Positions 1-12,656 are shown, counted from the first letter of the stretch. The stretch is 64,000 nucleotides of DNA from Okamejei kenojei (GCA_035221665.1 CM069131.1:90458001-90522000); one strand, 5' to 3'. Notes: generated from the sequence alone by a model not told the origin. Numbers and translations: made by a program.

Positions 1-604
1 ACCGAGTCTCTGCATCTACTTGCCATACATGCCAGACTGATCCAGACAATGGAAACTCATCATGATGAACTTTCTGACCTGCTGAGTGTCTCCAGTATTT
101 TCTCATTCAAACTGAGTATGGGAATTGACTTGGGAATTGACTTTTTTTACCAACAGAAAACATATTCACTCCCTAAGTTGTGTGCTGTACAGTCTTACCA
201 ACAAAATATCTGCTCTTTCAAGGATCTCTACTCTGCAGGATTAGTTGAACACATTCGACTCAATGGGTACTATTCACTATGGTAGAAAATGCTCTTGGTG
301 CTCTTGTTCCCCAGAGTCAGTGAACAAAGACAACATTTGCTGCTGGAAACAGCCATCAGCGCAGACTCCATCAAGATGAAGCAGTCGCGGACCTGCCAAG
401 AAATGTGACCTTTACCTTCAAGAAATTATTCTCCTGATACTCCGAAGATCAGTGAGAAATTAATACATTTTCCGTTGGTTAAAAAGTCAGGCTTGTAAAG
501 GGAGCCATTATGGGGCATGATGATAGATCATCGGAGCCTTTTTTGCCAATGTCAAATATTAGAAGTCATAGCTTTAAGCTGAGAGGGACAAATTTTAAAG
601 GAGA

Positions 605-697
605 CTAGACCAAGTGCAGACCCGTTGGGTCTGTTCCCCCAACAAGCAGCTGTGAGGGGAGGGGGCAGCCTGAGGTGTCACACACACACTAACCAAC

Positions 698-735
<38 letters not shown>

Positions 736-962
736 ACCCCTCACACACACACACACTAACCACCCACTCCTTTTAATCCACTCACACAGGGCCCCCAATT
801 CACAGGCATGGAGGGGGAGACGGAAGCACAGAGAGGTTGACATGGAGGCACAGAGAGCTTGACATGGAGGCACAGAGAGGTTGACATGGAGGCACAGAGA
901 GAGACACGGAGGCACATAGGGACACCGAGGCACAGAGAAGGACATGGAGGCACACAGAGAGG
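605..962 (-). mobile_element. Non-autonomous Helitron, 3' part
   Basis: Minus strand ends in a hairpin (cagaccc-gtt-gggtctg, 617-633) followed by CTAG|T. The same terminus recurs at 62240. Interior holds a CA repeat and a 22-bp minisatellite. Confidence 0.7.
826..960. repeat. ~22-bp minisatellite (gcacagagaggttgacatggag)n
   Basis: About 6 degenerate tandem units are directly visible. Confidence 0.85.
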
Positions 963-1130
963 GCCAATGTCAAATATTAGAAGTCATAGCTTTAAGCTGA
1001 GAGGGGCAAATTTTAAAGGAGATATGTAGAACCAGTATTTTACACAGAGAGTATTCGGCATCTGAAACATGCTGTCAGGGATGGTGGTGGAAGTAGATAC
1101 GACAGTGCCATTTAAAAGACTGTTAGATAC

Positions 1131-1699
1131 TGTTATGACTCCCGAATGCAGGTACTTCAGAGCCGCAATAACATAGTCAAAAACCAGGCTCAAGTTCAAG
1201 AAAATAGTCTCTTATTTTGTTAAAACCCAAACCTGATTCAAACAACCCAGTCAAGGACAAGAATAAACTAATAAACAAAGATAACATTGCTCCAGCCAGC
1301 CTCGCAATGGGCCGTCAAACTAGAGTCTCTAACCTGCCTAAACGGAAATAACCCTGAAACAAAATACACAAAAACCCTCAAGTCATCCCTTATCCATACC
1401 AATTCAATATTGATTGACAAATATAGGTTATAATACATCGAGTGCTATGCCATGTGGCCAGGCCTCCTGCAGTTCACACCACAGTCTGTTCATGAGTCAG
1501 GGTCGACGAAGAGAGAGAGAATTCTGGGATCTTCTGGTATTTAAGCTTCCGATGAATCACACATCACCTGCGCAGCTTGGCCAATCGGGTACAGGAGCCC
1601 TTAACCCCTTGATTCCTGACTCCCAGCCATGGGGCCTGCACTCAGGAGAGAAACAGAAGAGTTAAGTACATAGCATTCACCAGGGGGGAGTACCTAACA
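1131..1699. mobile_element. Solo LTR (Gypsy/BEL-type)
   Basis: TGTTA...TAACA termini; 5-bp TSD GATAC at 1126-1130 and 1700-1704; interrupts an old CR1 3' fragment. Confidence 0.8.
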
Positions 1700-1861
1700 G
1701 ATACGTAGGTACATGAATATGCAGGGAATGGAGGGATATAGATTAAGTGCAGGCAGAGGAGATTAGTTTAATATAACCATATAAGCATAAACATTGTGGG
1801 CCAAAGAGCCTATTTCTGTGCTGTACTGTTCTATGTTTGCTACCTCCTCAATGATCATTCG

Positions 1862-3495
1862 GAGAAACTGACGGAGGAACTGAAGGAAATCCACATTAGG
1901 CAGGAAATGGTGTTGGATAGACTGATGGGACTGAAGGCTGATAAATCCCCTGGGGCTGATGGTCTGCATCCCAGGGTACTTAAGGAAGTGGCTCTACAAA
2001 TTGTGGACGCATTGGTGATCATTTTCCAATGTTCTATAGATACAGGATCAGTTCCTGTGGATTGGAGGGTAGCTAATGTTATCCCACTTTTTAAGAAAGG
2101 TGGGAGAGAGAAAACAGGGAATTATAGACCAGTTTGCCTGACGTGGTGGGGAAGATGCTGGAGTCAATCATAACAGATGAAATAGCGGCACATTTGGATA
2201 GCAGTAACAGGATCGGTCCGTGTCAGCATGGATTTACGCAAAGGGAAAATCATGTTTGACTAATCTTCTGGAATTTTTTGATGATGTAACTAGGAAAATG
2301 GCCAAGGGCGAGCCAGTGGATGTAGTCTACCTGGACTTTCAGAAAGCATTTGACAAGGTCCCACATAGGTGATTAGTGGGCAAAATTAGGGCACATGGTA
2401 TTGGGGGTAGAGTGCTGACATAGATAGAAAATTGGTTGGCAGACAGGAAACAAAGAGTAGGGATTAACATGTCCCTTTCAGAATGGCAAGCAGTGACTAG
2501 TGGGGTACCGTGAGGCTCGGTGCTGAGACCGCAGCTATTTACAATATACATCAAAGATTTAAATGAAGGGATTCAAAGTAACATTAACAAATTTGCAGAT
2601 GACACAAAGCTGGGTGGCAGTGTGAACTGTGAGGTGGATGCATTGAGAATGCAGGGTGTCCTGGACAGGTTGGGGCAGTGGGCTAATGCATGGCAGATGC
2701 AGTTTATTGTGGATAAATGTGAGGTTATCCACTTTGATAGCAAAAACAGGAAGGCAGATTATTATCTAAATGGTATCAAGTTGGGAAAAGGGGAAATGCA
2801 ATGGGATCTGGGGGTCCTTGTTCATCAGTCAATGAAAGTTAGCATGCAGGTACAGCAGGCAGTGAAGAAAGTGAATGGCCTTCATAACAAGAGGAGTTAA
2901 GCAAAGAAGTCCTACTGCTGTTGTACAGGGCCCTAGTGAGACCACACCTAGAGTATTGTGTGCAGTTTTGGTCCCCTAATTTGTGGAAGGACATTCTTGC
3001 TATTGAGGGAGTGCAGCGTAGGTTTACAAGGTTAATTCCCAGGTTGGGGGGGGCTGTCATATGCTGAGAGAATGGAGCGGCTGGGCTTGTATACTCTGGA
3101 ATTTAGAAGGATGAGAGGAGATCTTATTGAAACATATAAGATTATTAAGGGTTTGGACACGCTAGAGGCGGGAAACGTGTTCCCGATGTTGGGGGAGTCC
3201 AGAACCAGGGGCCACAGTTTAAGAATAAGGGGTAAACCAATTAGAACGGAGATGATGAAACACTTTTTCACACAGAGAGTTGTGAGTGTGGAATTCTCCG
3301 CCTCAGAGGGCTGTGGAGGCTGGTTCTCTGCATACTTTAAAGAGAGAGCTAGATAGGGCTCTCAAAAATAACGGCGATATATGGAGAAGGCCGAACGGGG
3401 TACCGATTGTGGATGATCAGCCATGATCACATTGAATGGTGATGCTGGCTCAAAGGGCCGAATGGCGTACTCCTGCACCTATTGTCTATTGTCTA
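1862..3495 (+). mobile_element. CR1 LINE, 5'-truncated, decayed ORF2 (RT)
   Basis: [40 protein letters not shown] motifs with frameshifts; 3' tail (ctattgt)n. Confidence 0.95.
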
Positions 3496-3954
3496 TTCTG
3501 AATAGTGACAATCAATTTATATCATTAAAGTTTTGCTATTTATTAGAAACAAATCGCTCTTATTTCCTTAGCAAGTTTTATACATTACATACAACAATTG
3601 TTAATTGTGCACCGATCCAACTTCTATCTATCGAATACAATTTTTTAAAGAAATTGTGACAAACTTTACTGATTGCCTATTTTACGTAAGAATTTCACTG
3701 AAAAACATAGATACAGTATGACATGATACAATCGACCTGGCAAGTCTGTTTTGGATACTGTCATTAATTGATTCAATTAAATCTTTTCAACCTGACCTTT
3801 AGTAAGAATATTTTACAGTTATCGCTACATTAAGATAGAAACACAACACATTCTTGTACTTCACTGTGCCTTTCAAACATAGAGCAACAATAGTACACAA
3901 TTATTAAGTTATTCAACAGGATGTTACCTTTGTTTTGTGGAACTAATAGAAAAC

Positions 3955-4055
3955 AGTCTGAAGAAGGGTCTCGACATAAAATATCACCCATTCCTTCTCT
4001 CCAGAGATGCTGCCTGTCCCGCTGAGTTACTCCAGCTTTTTGTTTCTATCTTCCA
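3955..4055 (+). mobile_element. Penelope terminal-repeat (pLTR) fragment with degenerate hammerhead motif
   Basis: ctgaagaagggtctcgac...gatgctgcctgtcccgctgagttactccagc, shared with other copies in the window. Confidence 0.65.
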
Positions 4056-5380
4056 TATATAAAACGGTATATATCTTAAAATGTAAATAATAGTTACTTG
4101 TTTATTCATTTTTGATTCATCTTACTTTGAAGTAGCTCTTGCCTCATTATTGCTACCCTTTCCGCAGTCTCTTCCATTAACTTACCACACAGTTAATGTT
4201 TAATCCAACTTGCATCTAAGCACACCTGTATTGAACAGTGCTGAATAAAAGATCAGGTTAATGGCATGGTTGATATCATTAGTGAAGTGGCAACATAGGT
4301 GCTATAAAAAAGGACAATTACATAATTATTGGAAACTACTGGCTGTATAAAACCATATGAAAGTCCATCAGAGGTATAAATTTGACAGTAGCAATCTTTA
4401 ATAACTGTTGATAGATTAATTATTATTTAACTGAAAGATAGCTCATAGCAAATTTGTTTCACTTGTCATTTCACTTAAATTGTATCATATTTTTCAAAAT
4501 GTCCAAATGGTGTCAATTTCAGTTGTAAATTCAGCAGTAAATGGTGCATGTGCAATAATCAAAGCCAATTTTTCATAATATTGCTTGTGATGGTTTGTTT
4601 TACAATTAATTGTAGTAACAACTTTGGTAAAGTGCCAAACAAATAAATGTGAATGATTTAGTGTAAAACACAATCAATGAATTAACAGAACATTGAGGTA
4701 TGTTTGTGTGTTGAGTTACATTTACAGCATTCATTATTCAATTAAATGTACAAATATCCAGAGCTGCTCTGTTAATATTTATGGGTGAAGTATTGCACAT
4801 CATACTATTAAGACATCATTGCAATGCAACACTACTCATTTCATATCATACTTAGTAGGTAATGATCCAAATGATGATACCATTTGAAGAGATTACTATT
4901 GATATGCTATGCTTGGCCAGGCCGACCCCGCAACTATGCCTGGACAATGTGCCTTCGTGGTCAGGTCAAGAGTCCTGCACTTACAAACTGGGACCTGGAA
5001 ATGGTGCTAAAACTGCGACTGTACACTGGCTCAGTATTCTGCTGCTATACACTTATATGTATTTGAGATAAGCATTTAGATACATCTAAAATAAATATGT
5101 AACGTGATACTTGTACTGAAATGTATATAATAATGAATTTCGCTGTACCTTGGTATATATGACAAATAAAGTACCAATGAACCATTGAATCATTGATATT
5201 TGTTTTGTTTCAAACAACAAATGCCAAACCACAACAATTAGCATTTATTTAGTAGTATTATATAAAATGTCAGAAGGTGGACAAATAAATATTCAGACAC
5301 AAAGTACAAAAGCGAGAAATATATTGGCAAGAGCAAACAATGTTGGGTCAAGTGGGTGGAACCTGAAGAAGCTCATAAAA

Positions 5381-6301
5381 TAGGTATGTTACAATACTTA
5401 CCTTCAGCGGCGCTGCAGTTCTGTCACTACCCATGTGTGCGACTTTGGCACCTTTGAGGGGGGGGCGGGTTTAAAATGCGGTATTTTGGATGCCTATTCA
5501 AATTGATCTTGAACAGGCTATTTAGTTGATGAAGAAAAATCGCTTTGACTGCCCTTCTCTGAAGTGATTTTTAATTCCTGCAGTAATTTAAAAATCATCT
5601 TGTAAAGCCGTGAACGCCGACAACGGGATGGACCTCGCGTAGGGGACAAGGCAAGGTACACAGTTTATTTTTTCATTAAAAAGCGCTTCTTAGGATACCT
5701 TTACTCAAAATTTCACGTTGCAAGAAGGTGATTTATTCCCCATACGAACCGGCAGTATTTTTCCTGCCGATATGGGATTTAAATTCACCACAACCACAAC
5801 GTTCCAATCGATCGAGTTCCAGAAAATCCCACTCGCAAGATGATTTAAATGGCCATTCATTTACGGGAATGAAACATTAAATTTCTTCCATTTGGCCTAT
5901 AAATTAATGGCAATGAGATTTAAAAATCATGTTATATTGTGAATTCTTGTGCGAATGTTATTTGGACACTTAGGCTATTTAAAAATGTTCATATTTCCTT
6001 AAGAAATTGATAGATGTTTAGATCTAGTAATTGAATTTTGTAATTAGCTACAATTGGGTAACTAACTAATCATATGCTTTATTTTCAGGACATCCAAGTA
6101 AGATTGTTTCATATTTGTTTCAGAATACTTCAATCTATAATAACTGAAAATTTCTTTCAGTTCTCTTAATTTTTAAGAAAGTTATGGGTTTTTGACTGTC
6201 CTCGATCACAGCTTTTGTGTTAAGTCAATGGAAAACCAATAGGGAACAAGATGCTAATTTCTGAGTATGAAAACGGCCATAACTTTTTTAATACATTGCT
6301 A
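5381..6301 (+). mobile_element. Non-autonomous DNA transposon, copy 1 (TAG...CTA ends, 7-bp TSD)
   Basis: Starts TAGGTATGTTACAA, ends CATTGCTA; TSD CATAAAA at 5374-5380 and 6302-6308; homologous to 41129-42175 and 42533-43033. Confidence 0.85.
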
Positions 6302-6964
6302 CATAAAAGGGGCAGAAAAAATTGGACGGGCTTAGGAGGAAAGATCCTGAATGTGAGGCTCAGATGATCAAATGGATGGTTAGCCAATGCTGAGATGAAA
6401 GAAAGGGAGGGGATTGCAATAGATTGGAGTCAGGGGACTGGATTTTCAGGAAGGGAAAGGAATGGATGATAGTGGTGCAGGTGGTGCAGATGGTGGTTAA
6501 GAGATAGGAATATGTGGCCATGTAAGAATTTGAATATAAAATAAGAATTTTAATTTTTAGACAATAAGAGTTCATCTACACTTAGGAAAAACAAGGTTGT
6601 GACTGAACAGGACTCAATGAGCAAAGATTGTGGATAGCAGCTTTAATAATCAGCTGCGTCTTAATAATAATTAATAGTAAATTGCTTCTAAAGTACTTTT
6701 ATACCAGGGACGTAATAGTTCTGCGTGGTAGGCTGGATCAATTATTGCCCTTCACATCAGCAGAAATGCTGCACCAATTTTTAATCTTTAGGCATTTTGC
6801 AAGAGTCCTACAAAACTAGGCTGTTGTTTTCAGCCCCGAGGACAGCCTAAAAAGAAAATCGGACCTAGTTCTAGGGGACACGCATATGCAAGCTTTACAA
6901 GCCAAGTGCATCACAGCTCGAAAGGGCAGGACCATATCATCATGGGATCTTTTGCTAATGTTCA

Positions 6965-7620
6965 AAACTTACGAGTCATCCTTAAATACAGGAGAGGTGC
7001 TGGAAGACTGGAGGGTGGCAAATGTTGTGCCTCTTTTCAAGAAGGGCTGCAAGGAAAGTGCTGGGAACTATAGGCTAGTGAGCATAACATCTATAGTTGG
7101 AAAGTTACTAGAGAGTATTCTGAGGGATAGGTTATAAAGGCATTTGGATGGGCAAGGGCTGGTTTTGTGCATGGGAGGTTGTGTCTCACAAATTTGATTG
7201 AGTTTTTTGAAGTGACCAAAAAGGTCGATGAGGGCAGAGCTGTAGATGTGGTATACATGGATTTCTGCAAGGCATTAGACAAGGTTCCGCATGGTAGGCT
7301 GCTCTGGAAGGTTAGGTCGCATGGGATCCAAGGAGAGATAGCTGAATGGATTGCAAATTAGCTCCATGGTGATGGTGGGAAGTAGGTTCTCGGACTGGAG
7401 GCCTGTGACTAGTGGTGTGCCTCAGGGTTCGGTGCTGGGCCCGTTACGGTTTGTCATCTACAATAATGATTTGGATAAAAACATACAGGGCAAGATTAGC
7501 ATGTTTGCTGATGATACAAAAGTGGGCGGTTTTGTATATAGTGAAGGTGGTTGTGAAAGATTGCAGCAGAATCTGGATCGATTGGCCAAGTGGGCTGGGG
7601 AATGGTTGATGGAATTTAGA
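6965..7620 (+). mobile_element. CR1 LINE RT fragment
   Basis: DWRVANVVPLFKKG, SGVPQGSVLGP and FADDTK motifs across frameshifts. Confidence 0.9.
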
Positions 7621-8502
7621 TCCAAATTGGTTTAGTGCCTGGGAGCAAAGGGTAATGGTGTTTTAATCACTGGAATGCTGCTTGCATTGTGTTTATGTCA
7701 ATGATTCAAACATAAAAAGGTGGGAGCCATGATTAAGATTGGTGTAGATTAATCAAAAAATGACTGAATGGTTGATAGTGGTAATAATGCTGCAGACTTT
7801 AAGTAGTTGTCAATGGACTAGACCAGGAGCAAATGCAGCTCACTCCAGCGAGTATGAAGCTATGCATTTGAAGAGACCCTACATAATAAATGGCAGGGAA
7901 CAGAATTGTAGAAATCCAAAACAAACTTGGTCTCTTTGTACCGAAAGGGCATGTAGATAAGAAAGCATGACAGGATAGTTATTTTATTGGCAGGCCTGGC
8001 AAAAAGAATAAGAAAATCACACAGGAACTGTATAAATTATCAGTAAAGCATACAGTTCTAGCTTCCAGGTTACAGGTTGTAATAGTAAGATTAAACGAGA
8101 ACTTACCTGTTCGAAGTTTGATCTTTATTTTATGAGGAGTTACGATGAGGGATTACGTGAAGAAGCCCTGCCAGGCGCATGCTCGGCATGCTTCATAGCA
8201 GCGGCATGAAAAACACAGAACCAATAGCCGAAGTAAGATAGTAAGGCTCACACAAGACTAGAACTACCAGATGATCATTTAGATTATGAGGGTCGGAAGC
8301 GGAGGGCACGTAATCCCTCATCGTAACTCCTCATAAAATAAAGATTAAACTTTGAACAGGTAAGTTCTCGTTTAATCTTACTATTTTACTTCGGAGTCAC
8401 GTGAGTGACTACGGGAAGATTTTGAAGCTCTGTGATTTTCATGCCGTAGATTCATTCCATACGACACACTGCTTCAGTTGACACAGTAGTGAGTAAATAA
8501 TA

Positions 8503-9153
8503 TTATTGAACATTGCTTGAATAATGCAATAAGTATTTTAATAAATATAAAAGAAAGAAAAGTAATACCCCTCTTTCATAGGGGAAATTACAACAAAAGA
8601 TATCAATCATTACATAAAAGCAGATAATCAAACAGAACCCAACACTGCCAAATTCTGGCACCGTGATAACAGGTTTATCGTAAAACTTGGAAAACGTTTC
8701 TTCTTTACACCATCCTGTGGCCTCTAAAATTTGGTCGAGTGGCACGTCCTGTGCCATCGCCGCGGATGTGGACGCTGCCCTGGTGGAGTGAGATTTAAAC
8801 ACATCAGTGTCTACTCCAGCTAAATCCAAAACCTGTTTTAACCATCTAGAAATAGTTTGTACTGACACTTTTTTGTATGTTTTTTCATGAGCAATAAGCA
8901 TTGTTGTCTCACAACCTCGGAGGTTCTTGGTTACTTCAATATATTGAGTCAGATGCTTAACCACACACAATGTTTGGTCAACAGGATATGCTCTAAAGAT
9001 TACCTTGGTTCCAGACTTCCCCGGTCTGCTCTGTTTGATTAGATCATAAACATAAAAAGTAATGTTATCTGCAGACAAATGCATACAATCTAAACATAAC
9101 ATTTGCAATGTTTGTACTATTTGTGCTGACACTAATGCCATAAGCATTACCAC
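8503..9153 (-). pseudogene. DIRS tyrosine recombinase, C-terminal catalytic domain (truncated)
   Basis: FKSHSTRAASTS (HxxR), GW and TFSKFY (catalytic Y). The first catalytic Arg position reads SAQI rather than SAQR. Confidence 0.85.
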
Positions 9154-10199
9154 TTTTCTCCGAATAAATAATCTGGAGCTTGAACATTGCTTGATTTACA
9201 CAAACCAGCAAATCTTGGGTGCAGGATGGGCCGAATGGTGATTTTTCTCGTACAATTAATCTCAAAATAAGAGTTACAAAACAATGGCAACATGTCTTTT
9301 TGGATTTTGGACATAGCATGCCCTTCCAACTGCCTCCCAAAAGCAGTAATGCCAGCTGCAATGAGCTTGAGGACCCTCTGGAATCGTATCTCCTGTCCTC
9401 GCATTGTTGAAGTCATAGGTGTCCAAATAGTTGGATTCACCATCAGCACCCTCAGTGATGCACAATTAACAGGTGTTTTATAGAGGTCTGCTGTCTCAAT
9501 CATGACAGTCTCCTGAAGCTGGTGAGAAACCAAATAATTAATGTTGGCCGCCAGGTTTTCTTCCATGACCTCACCGCTCCCCTCTGGTATAGCAAAGGAT
9601 TGTGCAACATCCGGTTCACCTGTAGTTTGACTTTTGTGCTGTGGTGGGTATTCAACACCAGAAATACCACCTTCAGGGTCAGTCTCTTGCTGCCCTGGTA
9701 CTCCTGAGACTTGCTCAAAGGAGACTTCCTCCAGACCTAAACAAGGCTCTGGAGGTTCACATTCCCATGTTGGAAAAGCACCATAATCATGATATGGAAC
9801 CCCCTCAGGGGCTGCCTGGGAATATTCTGGGTCTTTTGACCCTTGGTTTATAATTGTTTGGAGCATTTTCTCCTTTTGGTCCATCCTGAGCCACAGGGCT
9901 CGTCTGCCTGGCCCTGCCTCTTCTTCAGCAGATTAATCTGATATTACAGGCCTAGCAGACTTCCTTTTATTTTTCCTCTCCACTGGAGTTCCCTCCGTGG
10001 CCTGTGGCTGTGCAGCGTCTAAAGTCTGAGCTACGGCAGGTTTAACGGCTACCGGTATCGGAACCGGCTCCGTACTAATCTGTGGTCCCGAACTTAACTG
10101 TGTTTCCACCCGGGACGCGCGCTTCCCCTGCGCAGATTTTTTCACCGTGTCCATTTTAAAACTTCCCAAACTCCTCCTGGCTATTCCAGCCAGCGTCAC
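9147..10199 (-). pseudogene. DIRS gag-like ORF1, interrupted by an in-frame stop at 9933 and truncated
   Basis: ORFs 9933-10199 and 9147-9884 are in the same frame; RKITIRPILHPRFAGLC...YLFGE resembles DIRS gag; located first after the 5' ITR. Confidence 0.7.
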
Positions 10200-10825
10200 G
10201 GAGTTTCTACCCAGGAAATAATTTCAACCCACTTACCTGCGGGCTTGTTACTTACCGCTGGTGGAGCTGCGATCTGCAGCCCTTCCCTACCGACATGCGT
10301 CGACGTAATGCCGAGCATGCGCCTGGCGGGGCTTCTTCACGTAGTCACTCACGTGACTCCAAAGTAAAATTGCATGGCAGAGATTGCAGATGAGATTTAC
10401 AATGATATTGCCAGAGCTGGAGAGTTTTAGATATGTAGTAAAATCAATCTATGCTGGGATTATTGCCTTGGAACATAGCCCTTGAAAGGGTAATGTAATT
10501 GAGGTGTTTAATATTATGAGAAGCCAGGTTAGGACGAATGTGATAAGATTAGTTTTTTGAGGAGATGATGATGGTGGTTGTTGAGGGTAGGGCAGTGAAT
10601 GGTATGTACATGGATTTTAGTAAGGCATTTGATAAAGTCCCTATGGTAAACTAACCCAGAAGATTAGGATGCATGGGAGCAATGGTGATTTAAATTTGAA
10701 AATAAGACACAAAGTCTGGAGTATCACAGCAGGTCAGGCATCATCTCTGGAAAAAATGGAGTGGTAACATTTCATGTGGGGTCCCTAGGAGAAAGGTCAT
10801 CGTGTTGACCCCAACATCTCCCACC

Positions 10826-11362
10826 AGATGCGCCTAGAAAGCATTTTATCAAGATGCATCAAAGCTTTGTTTGGGAACAGCTCCATCCAAGACCGCAAGA
10901 AATTGCAGAGAATTGTGGACGTCGCCCAGACCATCACACAAACCAAACTCCATTCCATTGACTCAATTTATTCCTCACGCTGCCTTGGCAAGGTCACCAG
11001 CATAATCAAGGAAGGGTCGCACCCTGGCCAATCCCTCTTCTCCCCTCTCCTATCGGGCAAAAGGCATAGAAGTGTGAAAATGCACACTCCAGATTCAGGA
11101 ACAGTTTCTTCCCAGCTGTTACCAGGCATCTGAACCATCTTACCACAAAAGCAGTCCTTCTACCTTATTGGAGACCATCAGACTATCTTTGATCGGACTT
11201 TAATGGCTTTATCTGGCACTAAACATTATACACATTATTCCCTTTATCAGGTATCTGTACACTGTGAATGGCTCAATTGTAATCATGTATGGTATTTCCG
11301 TTGACTGGTTAGCACGCAACAACAGCTTTTCACTGTGCCTCGACAATAAACTAAACTAAATC
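10826..11362 (+). mobile_element. Rex1/Babar-like LINE 3' fragment
   Basis: ESILSRCI..FGN..QDRKKLQRIV..AQ.I...SHPG motif; ends aataaactaaactaaa. Confidence 0.75.
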
Positions 11363-11693
11363 TACCCATGTTCTCCCGAGATGCTGCCTAATTCGCTGAG
11401 TCATTTGTTTTTTTTTGGAAACCAGCATCTGCAGTTCCTTATGTCTACCTGGATTATTTTTCCTGGAGCGTCGGAGGTTGAGGGGAGACCTGATAGAAGT
11501 ATATAAAATTACGACATAGGGCATATAAATTTACTGATAGGGCATATGGACAGAACCTTTTTCCCAGGATGGGAATTGTTAAACACTAGGGGGCATAACT
11601 TTAAGGTGAGAAGGGCAGCGCTTAGGGCAAGGTAGACACAACATGTTGGAATAACTCAGCGGCACAGGCAGCATCTCTGGAGAGAGGGAATGC

Positions 11694-11727
11694 GTGACGT
11701 TTCGGGTCGAGACCCTTCTTCAGACTG
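11694..11727 (-). ncRNA. Minimal type I hammerhead ribozyme motif in a Penelope pLTR
   Basis: Minus strand reads cagt-CTGAAGA-a-ggg-tctcga-ccc-GAAA-cg-TC-ac: intact core, stem II and palindromic ACGT stem III. A second degenerate copy lies at about 11745-11774. Confidence 0.65.
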
Positions 11728-12441
11728 TTTCATACAGTACAGAATGTTTTGGGTCTAGACCCATCTTCAGACTGTTTCATTGCATTACAGACATGTTGCA
11801 GACAGAAGGTTGAGGGCAAGTCTTTTACAGAGACTGGTAGGTGCCTGGATTAAGCTGACGGGGTTGGTGGTGGAAGCAAAAACAATAATGACACTTACGA
11901 GGCTTTCAGATAGGCACATGGCTATGTAGAGAATAGAGGGGTATGGATCACATAAAGGCGAAGGAGATTAGTTTAACTAGGAATCATGTTTAGCACAGAC
12001 ATAGTGGGTCAAGGGACCTGTTCCTGTGTTGTATTGTTCTATGAATGGGAAAGACATATTATTTTCAGTGGATAGCTCAATAAATTGGGGACATGGATTA
12101 AAGAAGGACCAGAGGGCTGGTCAGTAAAGAATTGTTCAGCTACAGGATGGCATAGGTCTGGACGGCACGGCCCAAAAGATTACTGAAGACAGAAACCTTC
12201 AAGGTATTTAAGAAGTACTCGGATGAGCACTTGCTGTACCACTGTACACAGTGCAATGGATGAGGAATAGGAAGTTTTAAAGCAGTAATGGACAAGTCTT
12301 GACAAAATCGACTTATCCTGTGCCATTAATTTCTGCCTTCCTAACTTTCTAAAACATAGATAACCTATGGAGGATTTAACTTTGGATCTGCATCCAACAG
12401 GTGGACAGATCTGATTGTGAAACTATGAATAAATCACTTTT

Positions 12442-12634
12442 GTTAATAAGTTATAGCTATCTTGAAGAGCTGCATAGATTTAAGTGTTAGCCAATCTAGG
12501 GCTATCTCCAAAGCAATATACTTGCTATATTTCAGTTTGCAGGTTAGGTTAAAAGGCCAGTCAGGTAATTCTTCAGGAAGTACATCACATGATTTGTCGT
12601 CATTCTGTTCGCTCCCTCGCAAACTATATATAAA
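12442..12634 (+). promoter_or_regulatory. slc34a2: slc34a2 proximal promoter (HNF1-like site, CCAAT box, TATA box)
   Basis: GTTAATAAGTTAT at 12442-12454 (partial HNF1 match), CCAAT at 12491-12495, TATATATAAA at 12625-12634 about 80 bp upstream of a GTAAGC donor. Confidence 0.65.
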
Positions 12635-12656
12635 CTGTGCCCAGGGTTCGAGGGAA

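Larger units (their letters stand above)
8081..10370 (-). mobile_element. DIRS1-type tyrosine-recombinase retrotransposon, internally deleted (no RT/RNase H)
   Basis: ITRs (about 8154-8189 vs 10308-10342); internal complementary region 8307-8418 complementary to both ends; gag-like and YR ORFs; AAT shared at both junctions. Confidence 0.9.

Noticed and set aside
300-460. Possible exon of an upstream gene after a pyrimidine-rich ccccag
   Set aside because: No frame gives a recognisable protein and there is no supporting exon chain.
826-960. Regular direct repeats that might suggest a CRISPR array
   Set aside because: Tandem 22-bp minisatellite without unique spacers, in a eukaryotic context with no cas genes.
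8503-9153. Phage-integrase-like ORF suggesting a prophage or bacterial contamination
   Set aside because: It is the YR of a DIRS retroelement, as shown by the ITR/ICR structure and gag neighbour.
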